A DNA stretch of 64,000 nt from Campylobacterota bacterium (GCA_034716265.1 JAYEGK010000253.1:952-64951); one strand, 5' to 3'. Positions 20,660 to 30,706 are shown, counted from the stretch's first letter. Translations and numbers: made by a program. The notes: generated by a model not told the origin, from the sequence alone.

Positions 20660-21964
20660 ATGCCATTTTCATCATTAAAAAAAAGAATCTCATCTCAAAA
20701 CCATTCCGTCTCTTTTGGTGAGATTATCAAGATAAATGCAACTGTTATAACAGCGAGTGGTATTAAAGTAGGTATTAGCGATATGGTGAAAATCATATCA
20801 AATGATACAGCTCAAGAGACTATGGGGATGGTAACAGAGATAGATGGTTCCATTTTTTTTATCACTCCTTTTAGTTTTGTAGAGGGATTTCGTGCAGGAG
20901 ATAGAGTTTTTTTAGACTCAACAGGTCTGAATATTCCAATAGGAAACTCTCTTTTGGGACGTGTTGTCAATCCATTTATGCAACCTATCGACGATAGGGG
21001 TATCATAACTGATTCAAAACTCTCCCCTATCATAAAACCACCTATCTCTGCGATGAAGCGTGGTATGATAGATGAAGTGTTTAGTGTTGGAGTAAAGAGT
21101 ATCGATGGACTTTTAACTTGTGGAAAAGGTCAAAAATTAGGTATATTTGCAGGAAGTGGTGTTGGTAAATCAACACTAATGGGTATGATTGTAAGAGGTT
21201 CCGATACTCCCATAAAAGTTGTAGCACTTATTGGTGAGCGTGGTCGTGAGGTTCCTGAGTTTATAGCTAAAAACCTTGGTGGGGACTTAACAAATACAGT
21301 TATCATTGTAGCAACATCTGATGACTCTCCTTTGATGAGAAAATATGGTGCATTTGCAGCGATGAGTGTTGCTGAACATTTTAAAGATATGGGTCTTGAT
21401 GTTCTTTTTATTATGGATTCTGTCACACGTTTTGCGATGGCTCAACGTGAAATTGGTTTAGCTCTTGGTGAACCACCTACATCAAAAGGGTATCCACCAT
21501 CCTCTCTTACACTCCTTCCACAGCTGATGGAAAGAGCGGGAAAAGAGGAGGGAAAAGGTTCTATAACCGCTTTTTTTACTGTTTTAATAGAGGGTGATGA
21601 TATGAGTGATCCTATTGCTGATCAGTCTCGTTCTATTTTGGATGGTCATATAGTGCTTTCGCGTGAACTTACAGATTTTGGTATCTATCCTCCTGTACAT
21701 GTTTTAAATTCAGCTTCAAGGGTTATAAATGATGTTATAACTCCTGAACATCTCCATGCTGTTCAAAAATTTAGACGAATGTATACACTATTAAAAGAGA
21801 ATGAAGTTTTAATCCGTATAGGTGCTTACACAAAAGGAAGTGACCCAGAACTTGATGAGGCTATCGATAAAAAAGAGGCGATTGAAAGTTTTTTATCACA
21901 AGATGCTAATTTTCAAAACTCTTTTGAAAATACAGTTTCAACAATTATAGAGCTAGTCTCTTAG
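20660..21964 (+). CDS. fliI: Flagellar export ATPase
   Basis: AGSGVGKS Walker A, LIGERGREV, MDSVTRFAMAQREIGL. Confidence 0.95.
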   Translation: MPFSSLKKRISSQNHSVSFGEIIKINATVITASGIKVGISDMVKIISNDTAQETMGMVTEIDGSIFFITPFSFVEGFRAGDRVFLDSTGLNIPIGNSLLGRVVNPFMQPIDDRGIITDSKLSPIIKPPISAMKRGMIDEVFSVGVKSIDGLLTCGKGQKLGIFAGSGVGKSTLMGMIVRGSDTPIKVVALIGERGREVPEFIAKNLGGDLTNTVIIVATSDDSPLMRKYGAFAAMSVAEHFKDMGLDVLFIMDSVTRFAMAQREIGLALGEPPTSKGYPPSSLTLLPQLMERAGKEEGKGSITAFFTVLIEGDDMSDPIADQSRSILDGHIVLSRELTDFGIYPPVHVLNSASRVINDVITPEHLHAVQKFRRMYTLLKENEVLIRIGAYTKGSDPELDEAIDKKEAIESFLSQDANFQNSFENTVSTIIELVS

Positions 21965-22026
21965 GGATATTTTTTGAAATAATTTATTTAGAATTTTATA
22001 AGAAAGTTAGGGTATTATTGCATCCA

Positions 22027-22057
22027 TAAACGACCTCCCTGGTGTGTTGGTCGTTTA
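22027..22057. other. GC-rich hairpin (9-bp stem, 13-nt loop) between convergent genes; terminator or sRNA
   Basis: TAAACGACC-TCCCTGGTGTGTT-GGTCGTTTA followed by CTTCTTT; TATTAT at 22013-22018. Confidence 0.5.
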
Positions 22058-22069
22058 CTTCTTTAGAGT

Positions 22070-22315
22070 TTAAACTCCATTATATCTTTTAATGATCTTC
22101 TTTACACGATCTCTTAGCTTTTTAATCGCTTCTGTACTTGTTTTGCCATCAGCAGTTAAATTTTCAAAATCTTCACCTAGTTGTGCTTTTGCCATCCAAC
22201 CGATTTTAGTATGATATTTAAGACCAACAAATTGAACATCACCAAAGTGACCTTTACAAAGTTTATATGTTTCTTTTATTCTATCCGCATCTGTTTTTTC
22301 TACTTTTTCAGCCAT
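22070..22315 (-). CDS. Hypothetical protein (possible HicB-N/dsRBD-like fold)
   Basis: AAGGAA RBS; WMAKAQ...LTADGKTSTEAIKKLRDRV resembles a beta-beta-beta-alpha pattern. Confidence 0.75.
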   Translation of the reverse strand: MAEKVEKTDADRIKETYKLCKGHFGDVQFVGLKYHTKIGWMAKAQLGEDFENLTADGKTSTEAIKKLRDRVKKIIKRYNGV

Positions 22316-22377
22316 AAAAATTTTCCTTTTAAGATTTTATAAAAGTATATCATAGATTGATAATACTCTAGTTATAT

Positions 22378-22473
22378 TTAATCCTCTTTTGTTGCAGCGA
22401 TAAAAAAACCTACTAAACCACCCACAAAAACGATTACAACAAATCCAAGTTCAAACATATCTAATGTTGTCAT
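22378..22473 (-). CDS. Small single-pass membrane protein (31 aa), not in the ORF track
   Basis: MTTLDMFELGFVVIVFVGGLVGFFIAATKED*; ATG abuts the rlmN stop, with GGAGG in the last rlmN codons. Confidence 0.7.
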   Translation of the reverse strand: MTTLDMFELGFVVIVFVGGLVGFFIAATKED

Positions 22474-23541
22474 CTAAACCTCCCCCTCTGTTTTCTCTTT
22501 AAGCTGACCACATGCAGCACTAATATCTATCCCCTTAGAGTCTCTAATAGTACAGAGTAAACCATGTTTTATCAGATACTCTTGAAAAGCAACCATATCG
22601 GTTCTTGTTGGTCGTCCATACTCTGTTCCTTCATAGGGATTGAAAAAGATAAGATTTACTTTTGCTTTGATACCATGAAGAAGTTTGACAAGTTTTTTAG
22701 CACTTGCTAAATCATCATTTTTATCTTTAATAACCAAATACTCAAACATAACACGCTTACGAGTATCGATAGGAAAACGTTTCACCGCTTCTATGATAGA
22801 GTTGATGTTATGTGCTTTATTCATAGGGATAAGTTCTGTTCTTAACTCATCATCAACAGCGTGAAGTGAGATAGCGATATGAACACCTAAATCCATCTCT
22901 CCAAGTTTATCTATCTTTGTACTGAGTCCACTTGTAGAAACTGTTTGGCGTTTTCCACCGATAGCAAGACCCTCTTCCTCTTTGAAAATCTGTATAGCTT
23001 TTGCTAAGTTATCAAGGTTATCAAGTGGTTCACCCATACCCATATAGACGATATTTATTTTTCTGTTATGTTTGTGGTTGTTATCTCGTTTAAGTGTTAC
23101 TACTTGAGCAACTATCTCACCAGCAGTTAAGTTTCTCGTAAAACCACCCTTAGCAGTCAAACAAAAAGAGCATCCAACTTTACATCCAACTTGAGTAGAA
23201 ACACAAATAGTATAACGTGCTTCGTGAATAACCTCGCCATCACACCCTATCTCTGTATCTTTCATCTTCAACCAAACAGCTTCCATAGTTTTACCATCTT
23301 GCATCTCTAAAAGATACTTAATCGTTCCATCAGCTGATACCTCTTTATTTACAATAGTAAGAGGATTTACTACAAATTTTTTAGAGAGTTCCTCTTTCAT
23401 AGATTTTGGAATATTTTTCATCTCTTCAAAGTTTTCAGCATAGTGGTGGTAGATCCAACCAAATATCTGCTTTACACGAAATTTTGGTTTAATTAATTCG
23501 ATTAACTCTTTTTGAGTGTAGTCCATTAGGGATGGTTTCAT
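22474..23541 (-). CDS. rlmN: 23S rRNA m2A2503 / tRNA m2A37 radical SAM methyltransferase
   Basis: CVSTQVGCKVGCSFC, MGMGEP and DISAACGQL motifs. Confidence 0.97.
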   Translation of the reverse strand: MKPSLMDYTQKELIELIKPKFRVKQIFGWIYHHYAENFEEMKNIPKSMKEELSKKFVVNPLTIVNKEVSADGTIKYLLEMQDGKTMEAVWLKMKDTEIGCDGEVIHEARYTICVSTQVGCKVGCSFCLTAKGGFTRNLTAGEIVAQVVTLKRDNNHKHNRKINIVYMGMGEPLDNLDNLAKAIQIFKEEEGLAIGGKRQTVSTSGLSTKIDKLGEMDLGVHIAISLHAVDDELRTELIPMNKAHNINSIIEAVKRFPIDTRKRVMFEYLVIKDKNDDLASAKKLVKLLHGIKAKVNLIFFNPYEGTEYGRPTRTDMVAFQEYLIKHGLLCTIRDSKGIDISAACGQLKEKTEGEV

Positions 23542-23548
23542 TAAATTC
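23511..23548. repeat. Direct repeat copy 1 (38 bp) covering the rlmN 5' end
   Basis: TTTGAGTGTAGTCCATTAGGGATGGTTTcaTTAAATTC; 36/38 identical to 24279-24316. Confidence 0.95.
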
Positions 23549-23975
23549 CTTTAGGATAAATAGTATTAAAATCTGGTGTAGTAAGAAGTTTTATATCCTC
23601 ACTCTCAAAACCCTTATCATTTGAAAGTATTAAATCAGCTCCAATCTTTTTAGCCATAATATATTGGATAGTATCTTCTAAGTCTTTATACTGTGGTCTA
23701 TTTTTCATAAGAGTACAACTCTCTAAAATCTCTTTATTTGTAAAATCTATCACAGTACAGATTTCATTCACATGGATAATAATATTAAGAGCTATAGCTT
23801 TACCCTTTTTTGAAAGAATATAATAAAGTGTTGTAATAATATCACAAGAGGTAAAAATTTCGATAGAGGGATTGTTTAGCAAAGAGCTTAATGCCTTTTG
23901 ACTATCTAAACAAGTATGACGATTTTCATCATAAGTGTCAGCTATAACATTGGCGTCTAAAAAGACTTTAAACAT
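23541..23975 (-). CDS. PIN-domain (VapC-like) toxin
   Basis: VFLDANVIAD, DLEDTIQY and ILSNDKGF acidic PIN motifs. Confidence 0.9.
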   Translation of the reverse strand: MFKVFLDANVIADTYDENRHTCLDSQKALSSLLNNPSIEIFTSCDIITTLYYILSKKGKAIALNIIIHVNEICTVIDFTNKEILESCTLMKNRPQYKDLEDTIQYIMAKKIGADLILSNDKGFESEDIKLLTTPDFNTIYPKGI

Positions 23976-24225
23976 TCATACTTGCCTTTACCGACTGAAC
24001 CGAAAACTCTTCTAAAAGACCCGTAGCACTTCCTTTCATCTTCTCAAATGCTGCAACTCTTTTTTTAACTCGTAACGCTCTATACTTCTCTTCTATTAAA
24101 TCTTGAACAATAGCGGTCATAGATTTTTGTGAATCTTCTGCTAATTGCTCAAGATAATCTGCTGTTTCCTCTGTAAATACAAAGTTTTTTCTTACTGTTG
24201 TTTTCATAGTAATATCCTCGTACAT
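23968..24225 (-). CDS. Putative RHH-type antitoxin
   Basis: RKNFVF beta strand followed by two helices; overlaps the PIN start. The true start is probably MKTTVRK, after the GAGGA RBS. Confidence 0.8.
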   Translation of the reverse strand: MYEDITMKTTVRKNFVFTEETADYLEQLAEDSQKSMTAIVQDLIEEKYRALRVKKRVAAFEKMKGSATGLLEEFSVQSVKASMNV

Positions 24226-24278
24226 AAATTTAATTATGTATAATTATATCTTAATTTTTTGAGATTGAGATATCTCTA

Positions 24279-24316
24279 TTTGAGTGTAGTCCATTAGGGA
24301 TGGTTTGTTTAAATTC
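24279..24316. repeat. Direct repeat copy 2, an orphaned rlmN 5' end
   Basis: Minus strand reads MNLNKPSLMDYTQ and then diverges; its ATG overlaps the upstream gene's TGA. Confidence 0.95.
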
Positions 24317-24857
24317 ATTTAGCAGTAAGTTCCTTAATACGTTTTCTAACATGCTCACTCAAAAGCTCTTTCGCTTTATCATGATTTTTCACAAAATCAG
24401 TATGAGCAGTTTCGTTAGTATAGTTAGTAATACAAAAAACTCCACCAGCAGGTATATCGAACTCTTGTGCTATCTTTAAAACAGCGAAAAATTCCATATT
24501 TTCTATCCCTAATCCAAGTTTTAAAAAGTTTTTTGTGAGTTCTTTGTTTGTAGATATATAGTTGGAAGAGTTTACAACTATATCTTTTTTGTTAGTTTCA
24601 TTAGTGCTTACTACATTGTCTAAGGGAGTATATGCATCATTATTTAAAAATGCCAACTCAACATTTGAAGCTGTTTTTGACTCTACAATATCAAATATTT
24701 TAGCATCCCCATAACTACCAGCAGTTCCTACAAAAAGCAAAAACTCTGGTTTGTCAAACATACATAAACGAGTTAAATTCATAGAGGTTTCTATCAGTCC
24801 TACACCTGTTGGCTGGGCAAAAGGGAAGGTTTCATTGTTTCCTGCACAGATTATCAT
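24315..24857 (-). CDS. Purine nucleoside phosphorylase/nucleosidase family protein
   Basis: GVGLIE, VGTAGSY, ENMEFFAV and CITNY motifs. Confidence 0.75.
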   Translation of the reverse strand: MIICAGNNETFPFAQPTGVGLIETSMNLTRLCMFDKPEFLLFVGTAGSYGDAKIFDIVESKTASNVELAFLNNDAYTPLDNVVSTNETNKKDIVVNSSNYISTNKELTKNFLKLGLGIENMEFFAVLKIAQEFDIPAGGVFCITNYTNETAHTDFVKNHDKAKELLSEHVRKRIKELTAK

Positions 24858-24858
24858 A

Positions 24859-25620
24859 TTATAATCTTACAGGAATATTTTGGGAATGAAGATAGTGTTT
24901 TAGATCCATAATATCTATCTCTTTATAGTGAAAGATACTAGCAGCAAGAGCAGCATCAGCACCCGAGTTAAAAGCATCTTTTATATGTTCCATAGTACCT
25001 GCTCCACCACTTGCGATAACGGGAACATTAACAGCATCACTGATCTGTTTTGTGATATTTAATTCAAATCCAGCTTTTGTACCATCAGCATCCATAGATG
25101 TAAGTAAAATTTCACCTGCACCACGATCAACAACCTCTTTAGCCCACTCAAGAGCATCGATACCTGTATCAACACGACCACCATTTAAAAAAACATTATA
25201 GTTTCCACTCTCTGCTCTTTTTACATCTATCGCAGTTACGATACATTGGGAACCAAAACGCTTTGCGCTTTCATCTATAAGATCTGGACGTTTAATAGCT
25301 GCTGAGTTAAGGCTTACTTTGTCACAACCAACATTGAGTAAACCATAAATATCATCAAGTTTACGGATACCACCACCAACAGTAAGAGGTATAAATATCT
25401 CACGAGCGACTTGAGCTACTATATCAACGATAGTATCACGGTTATCAGATGATGCTGTAATATCTAAAAATGTAAGTTCATCAGCACCCTCTTCGTTGTA
25501 ACGACGTGCAACTTCAACAGGATCACCTGCATCTTTGAGACCAACAAAATTCACGCCTTTTACAACACGTCCATCTTTAACATCGAGACAGGGGATGATT
25601 CTTTTTGCGAAATAGTTCAT
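24859..25620 (-). CDS. hisF: Imidazole glycerol phosphate synthase cyclase subunit
   Basis: [39 protein letters not shown]. Confidence 0.97.
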   Translation of the reverse strand: MNYFAKRIIPCLDVKDGRVVKGVNFVGLKDAGDPVEVARRYNEEGADELTFLDITASSDNRDTIVDIVAQVAREIFIPLTVGGGIRKLDDIYGLLNVGCDKVSLNSAAIKRPDLIDESAKRFGSQCIVTAIDVKRAESGNYNVFLNGGRVDTGIDALEWAKEVVDRGAGEILLTSMDADGTKAGFELNITKQISDAVNVPVIASGGAGTMEHIKDAFNSGADAALAASIFHYKEIDIMDLKHYLHSQNIPVRL

Positions 25621-25634
25621 TATTTAATCTACTC

Positions 25635-26453
25635 TTAAAAACGTAACATCAAACCTGCAAAAACACCTGCAAAGTCATAACCAATAATTGTTCTTGTATC
25701 TCCATCTTCAATATCTGAATCCATCGACATAATTCTATATCCAACCTCTAGTCCAGGTTGAATGATAGGAAGAAAATCTAATGTATAATCTAACTTAACA
25801 CTCATATCTGATACTGAGTTGTCACCTCCATCAGAGATATATTTGAAGGTTCCTTCAACACCTATCTCAGTAAGAGGAATCTGTCCTCTCACTCTTGAGT
25901 ATAGAAGAGGTAAAGGTATAGTTCCTGTTTCATCATAGGCTTCAATATTTGTATTATATGTTATTGGAAGACCATCTAGTCCAACAGCAGCTTCCCCAGA
26001 ACCTGTTGCTTTATACTGAATGATTTTAATAGCAAGACCAACATCAACAGTTATCCAAAATGTATTGTCTAAAAGATTGTAGTATGGAATCACCTCAAAC
26101 TGTGTCATCTCTAATGTTGTTGGTAAATTTTCTACCTCTGCATTAAGACCAACTATCGCTCCCGTTGCTGTTAAACGACCTTCACTTTCAATTTTACTAT
26201 ATTCAACTCTTAAGTTTGGAATTAAAGGGAGAAAGTGCTTAAAATAAGCCCAAGCATAGGCTGTTTCAAAATCAACTTCTTGAGATATATCTTGTGCAGA
26301 TGCATCTTTATCACGGTAATCCATAAAGCCTTCAGCTTTATGTGCCCACATACCAGCACCCGCTTCTATTCTAAGTAAATCAGCACTTGCAGTTGAAGAT
26401 AATGCAACTAAGGTTACTAACGTTGTTAATATTTTTTTCATAAAATTCTCCAT
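25635..26453 (-). CDS. Outer membrane beta-barrel protein (TIGR04219-like)
   Basis: Signal peptide, HFLPLIPNLRVEY, YYNLLDN, GLEVGYR, C-terminal LRF. Confidence 0.75.
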   Translation of the reverse strand: MENFMKKILTTLVTLVALSSTASADLLRIEAGAGMWAHKAEGFMDYRDKDASAQDISQEVDFETAYAWAYFKHFLPLIPNLRVEYSKIESEGRLTATGAIVGLNAEVENLPTTLEMTQFEVIPYYNLLDNTFWITVDVGLAIKIIQYKATGSGEAAVGLDGLPITYNTNIEAYDETGTIPLPLLYSRVRGQIPLTEIGVEGTFKYISDGGDNSVSDMSVKLDYTLDFLPIIQPGLEVGYRIMSMDSDIEDGDTRTIIGYDFAGVFAGLMLRF

Positions 26454-26527
26454 ATATAGATTGGATAGAATTATATCAGAGTATAGGTTTTATTGGCTTA
26501 AATTTGAGGTGTAAAAAGGGATTTTTC

Positions 26528-26545
26528 TTAGGGCAGAAGCCCTAA
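26528..26545. terminator. Hairpin downstream of tpx
   Basis: TTAGGGC-AGAA-GCCCTAA; no clean U tract on the tpx strand. Confidence 0.55.
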
Positions 26546-26577
26546 AAGAAGGAGTCTAAAAAGTTTAGAGTTAGTGA

Positions 26578-27087
26578 TTAACTAACTGCAGCGATTGCAG
26601 CATCGTAATCTGGTTCTTCAGTAATTTCTGGAACGATTTGTTTGTAAGAAACAGTACCGTCAGTTTCAACTACGAAGATCGCTCTACAAGTAACACCAGC
26701 AAGAACAGAACCACCAAGAAGTACACCATAAGCATTAGCGAAATCTTTGTTACGGAAATCTGAAGTAACAGTTAATTTATCGATACCTTCAGCTGAACAG
26801 AATCTACCTGATGCAAATGGTAAGTCAAGAGAAACGATAGTAGCAGTAACACCCTCTAAGTTAGAAACTTTAGCGTTAAAGTTACGAGTTTCAGTAGCAC
26901 ATACACCTGTATCTAAAGATGGAACTACAATAATAAGTTGTTTTTGAGCTTGAGCTCCACCAACTACTACATCACCTAAACCATCAGAGTTTACAACTGT
27001 AACTTCTGGTGCTTTATCACCTACATTTACTTCATTTCCTAATAATTCTACGTCTGTACCTTTGAATTTAGTTGTTGCCATATTCAA
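26578..27087 (-). CDS. tpx: Thiol peroxidase
   Basis: PSLDTGVCATE, SLDLPFA..RFC, EITEEPDY. Confidence 0.96.
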   Translation of the reverse strand: MNMATTKFKGTDVELLGNEVNVGDKAPEVTVVNSDGLGDVVVGGAQAQKQLIIVVPSLDTGVCATETRNFNAKVSNLEGVTATIVSLDLPFASGRFCSAEGIDKLTVTSDFRNKDFANAYGVLLGGSVLAGVTCRAIFVVETDGTVSYKQIVPEITEEPDYDAAIAAVS

Positions 27088-27199
27088 TTCCTTTAAATTT
27101 TTTAACGTCTTTCACGTTTTGTTGTCGAAAGTATATTTAAATCCGATAATTATACTCTTATTTAAAAAAAGAGTGTTTTTGATTAAGAAAAGTCTAAGT

Positions 27200-28186
27200 T
27201 TAAAGTTGACTTTTAGGAGTTATATCTAATGCTTCTAAAGAGGTAAACATCTTCTCTTTATACATCTCAACAGCTACTCTTCCAATCATCGCTGCATTAT
27301 CAGAACAATATTGTAACTCACTAAGAACTAATTTAGCCTTATGGGGTTTTAAAAGTTCCTCTATCTGAGAACGAAGATACAAATTTGCACTTGCTCCCCC
27401 AACTATTGCAAAGGTTGATGGTTTTACAGTTTTAAAATATTTTTTAAGTTTCATAGTAAGATGTTTTGTTGCGATATGCTCAAATGATGCAGCTATATCT
27501 TTATAATTTGGATTCTCTTTTTTGTTTTCATCAAGTACAGCAAGTCTTACAGCATTTTTAAGTCCTGAATAACTAAAAGCGATAAGAGGGGATTGATGTA
27601 GAGGTACTGTAAAGTTATGGGCAAATCTATCTCCATCTTTGGCTAACTCCTGAATAAGTGGACCACCAGGATACCCTAATCCCATCATTTTAGCCACTTT
27701 ATCAAAGCTTTCTCCAAAACTATCATCCATACTTTTAGCAACTGTTTTTATCTCTGTGAGACTTTTAACCTCCATCACTTGAGTATGTCCACCTGAAACA
27801 AGGAGAACTGTTAAGGGAAAGATACTCTCTTTTTCAATAAAAAGTGAATAGATATGTCCAATAAGATGATTTACTCCGATAATAGGAATATTCAGAGCGA
27901 TAGCGATAGCTTTTGCCATCGTAACACCCTCAACAAGAGTAACTGCTAAACCGGGAGATGATGTGACAGCAACTGCTTTTAAGTCGTTAAAATAGGGTTG
28001 ACACTGCTCTAAGATTTTAGGAAGTGCCTCAGCATGAAGACGAGCTGCAAGTTCAGGAACAACACCACCATAAACACTGTGTTCAATCTCTTGACTTATT
28101 TTTTTGTGAAAAAGGAGTTTATTTGTTGCTATCTCTGTAATAGATATCGCACTATCATCACAGCTACTCTCTATACTTAAAATCAT
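27200..28186 (-). CDS. tsaD: tRNA threonylcarbamoyltransferase
   Basis: [38 protein letters not shown]. Confidence 0.97.
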   Translation of the reverse strand: MILSIESSCDDSAISITEIATNKLLFHKKISQEIEHSVYGGVVPELAARLHAEALPKILEQCQPYFNDLKAVAVTSSPGLAVTLVEGVTMAKAIAIALNIPIIGVNHLIGHIYSLFIEKESIFPLTVLLVSGGHTQVMEVKSLTEIKTVAKSMDDSFGESFDKVAKMMGLGYPGGPLIQELAKDGDRFAHNFTVPLHQSPLIAFSYSGLKNAVRLAVLDENKKENPNYKDIAASFEHIATKHLTMKLKKYFKTVKPSTFAIVGGASANLYLRSQIEELLKPHKAKLVLSELQYCSDNAAMIGRVAVEMYKEKMFTSLEALDITPKSQL

Positions 28187-28278
28187 TCTATTCCTTTATG
28201 TAATTCAGATTATAGATATTTTATCACAATCTGATATAATCTTTTTAAAAAATATAATTGTATATATAAAGGATTTTT

Positions 28279-28764
28279 TTGGAATATTTCATGGATAAAG
28301 ATAATTTAATTGTCTCTAAAACGGATATGAAGGGTCGGATTACCTATGGAAATATGCATTTTATTAAGATGTCTCAATATTCTGAACAGGAACTTCTTGG
28401 ACAACCACATAATATTTTACGCCATCAAGATATGCCAAAAATAGTTTTTAAACTTCTTTGGGAGAGAATAAAAAATAAACAGGTTATTAATGCCTATGTT
28501 AAAAATAGAACTAAAGATGGTGGTTTTTATTGGGTTTTTGCAAATGTAACTGCATCGGTAGATAAAGACAATAATATTATCGGTTACTATTCAGTAAGAC
28601 GAAAACCATCTCAAAAAGGTCTTGAAACAGTAAAAGATCTCTATAAAACTCTTCTAGATGCTGAATCGACGGGTGGTATAGAAAACTCTGCAAAACTTCT
28701 TGAAATAACATTAACAAATAGAGGAGTTGATTATGATGAATTTATCATTAACCTTCAAAAATAA
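28279..28764 (+). CDS. Stand-alone PAS protein (Aer/CetB-like energy-taxis sensor)
   Basis: VSKTD..GRITY.N, GQPHNILRHQDMP, KNRTKDGGFYWV, YYSVRRKP. Confidence 0.88.
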   Translation: MEYFMDKDNLIVSKTDMKGRITYGNMHFIKMSQYSEQELLGQPHNILRHQDMPKIVFKLLWERIKNKQVINAYVKNRTKDGGFYWVFANVTASVDKDNNIIGYYSVRRKPSQKGLETVKDLYKTLLDAESTGGIENSAKLLEITLTNRGVDYDEFIINLQK

Positions 28765-29773
28765 GCAAACACTTTTTTTATAATTATAGGAGTTATCTTA
28801 TCTGTTGTTATCGCTATAAATATCTCTTTTATATATGGTGCTCTCGCATTTTTTATACTATTGTTAGGATTTTTTATACCTTTAACAGATAAAAGAGGAT
28901 ATTGAACGGGGTGGTGAAGTTACCAGTATCATTGCAGATACATCTAAACAAACAAGTATAGCCTCAGAGGAGAGTTTAGAATCAGTATCTGCTGTTAAAA
29001 ATAACTTTGATCAACTCACACAAAGCATATCTCAAACAGCAGAGGGTATCTCCTCTCTTAATGAACAATCTAAAGAGATCGCTAGTGTTGTTGAACTGAT
29101 TAAAGATATAGCAGACCAAACAAATCTACTTGCTCTTAATGCGGCTATTGAAGCGGCTCGTGCAGGGGAACATGGTCGAGGTTTTGCTGTTGTTGCAGAT
29201 GAGGTAAGAAAACTTGCTGAGCGTACATCTAAAGCGACTACTGAGATTACAATGACAATATCAACACTACAACAAGAGACAGTTAGTATCAATGAACATT
29301 CAACAAGTATGCTTCAACTCGCTACAGATTCAGATAGATATATGACAGAGTTAAGTGATACATTGGAAAAATTTAACATTATGGCAATAAAATCAGCAAA
29401 TGATGCGGAATATATAAATAATATTCTTACAATATCTGTTGTAAAGATTGATCATATTGTTTTTAAATCAAAAGCATATTCAAATATCATTGCTAATAAT
29501 ACAAAAAGTAGTTTTTCTGATCATCGCTCTTGTAACTTTGGAAAATGGTATGTTAGTGAAGGAAAAGAGTTATTTCAACATACAAAAACATATAAGAAAA
29601 TAGAGTTACCTCATAAAAATTTACATGATGCTGTTTTAAATAATCTAAAATATTTAAAAAATAATACTATTTACAATAAAGAAAATACTCAAGATATTGT
29701 TCAAAATTTTACAAATATGGAAAGAGCAAGTGAAGAGTTGTTTGATCTACTTGGAGTGATGATAAAAGAGTAA
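28733..29773 (+). pseudogene. Disrupted CetA-like MCP (two TM, MCP signalling, CZB)
   Basis: GAGGAG RBS and ATG 28733 stop at TAA 28781 after a T7 run. The two TM helices lie in another frame ending TGA 28903. The MCP hairpin ([38 protein letters not shown]) and CZB (DHIVFK...[10 protein letters not shown]...HKNLH) lie in a frame open from 28886 with no start until 29252. Confidence 0.8.
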
Positions 29774-29779
29774 AACTCT

Positions 29780-30526
29780 TTATATCTTCCACTCAGTCTC
29801 AAAAGTTTTCTTAACAGCACCCTTAAAAGTGATAGTTCTATCATTTTCACCCAAATAAAGAGTATCTTCGCTCTTTGGATAGACCTCTATACTATTAGAA
29901 ATTTTATTTTCTTGTAAGGCTCTATAAAAACAAGCTGCCATACCTGTTCCACAAGCTAGTGTTTCATCTTCTACACCACGCTCATATGTTCTTACTTTAA
30001 GGTTTTTATCTTTATCTATATAGGCTATATTTACATTTGTATTATATTTATAACGTAACTCTCTTGCCTCTTCTATATCAAACTCTTCGATATTGTTAGT
30101 AAAACTTACAAGATGAGGAACACCTGTATCTAGTTGCCACCAATCTTTAGAATTAAACTTTATATCTTTTTGTAAAATTTTTGGAGGTGTCAGTTCACTT
30201 AAAACCATAGCTCCATTTACCTCTGCATTGATAACTCCAGCACCTGTTAAAAAACTCATATTTTTTGGAGCTAGTTTGTTAGAAAAAGCATAGTGAGCAG
30301 CAGCACGTGAACCATTACCACACATATCCGCATGAGTTCCATCGGAGTTATAAAATTGCCACTCAAAATCATACTCTTTATGAGGAACTATTACTATTAA
30401 ACCATCAGCACCAATACCATCTTGACGATGACAGATCTTTTTTGTAAGTTCTGTTCTATCTATTTTTTCCTCTGAATGGAAGATTACAAAATCATTTCCA
30501 TTTGCACTGTATTTAGTTACTTTCAT
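29780..30526 (-). CDS. dapF: Diaminopimelate epimerase
   Basis: GNDF, GADG, MCGNG, ERGVEDETLACGTG. Confidence 0.96.
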   Translation of the reverse strand: MKVTKYSANGNDFVIFHSEEKIDRTELTKKICHRQDGIGADGLIVIVPHKEYDFEWQFYNSDGTHADMCGNGSRAAAHYAFSNKLAPKNMSFLTGAGVINAEVNGAMVLSELTPPKILQKDIKFNSKDWWQLDTGVPHLVSFTNNIEEFDIEEARELRYKYNTNVNIAYIDKDKNLKVRTYERGVEDETLACGTGMAACFYRALQENKISNSIEVYPKSEDTLYLGENDRTITFKGAVKKTFETEWKI

Positions 30527-30559
30527 AAGTATTTAGCCTTTTTTTGATATAATTTTGTT

Positions 30560-30641
30560 GAATCAGGATAATGATTTTGTGAGTTGGTTACTCACAGACA
30601 CTGTAAGCTCTATCTTCTTTTGAAGGTAGGGCTTTTTTTTT
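30560..30641 (+). ncRNA. Candidate ~80-nt sRNA (putative antitoxin)
   Basis: TATAAT at 30548-30553, hairpin TGTGAGT-TGGTT-ACTCACA, 12-bp terminator stem with a T run. Its 5' part is complementary to the downstream small ORF. Confidence 0.65.
30605..30641 (+). terminator. Rho-independent terminator
   Basis: AGCTCTATCTTC-TTTT-GAAGGTAGGGCT followed by T8. It is on the strand opposite to both flanking genes. Confidence 0.85.
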
Positions 30642-30706
30642 ACCTAAATTTCTTTGGTAAATGTGGGTAGTGTTGGGTGGGAGTGTCCAATATGGAGGAA
30701 TCCAAA

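Noticed and set aside
22020-22066. 6S RNA
   Set aside because: CCCTGGTGTGTTGG is loosely reminiscent of a 6S 5' end, but the spacer is far too short for a ~180-nt rod.
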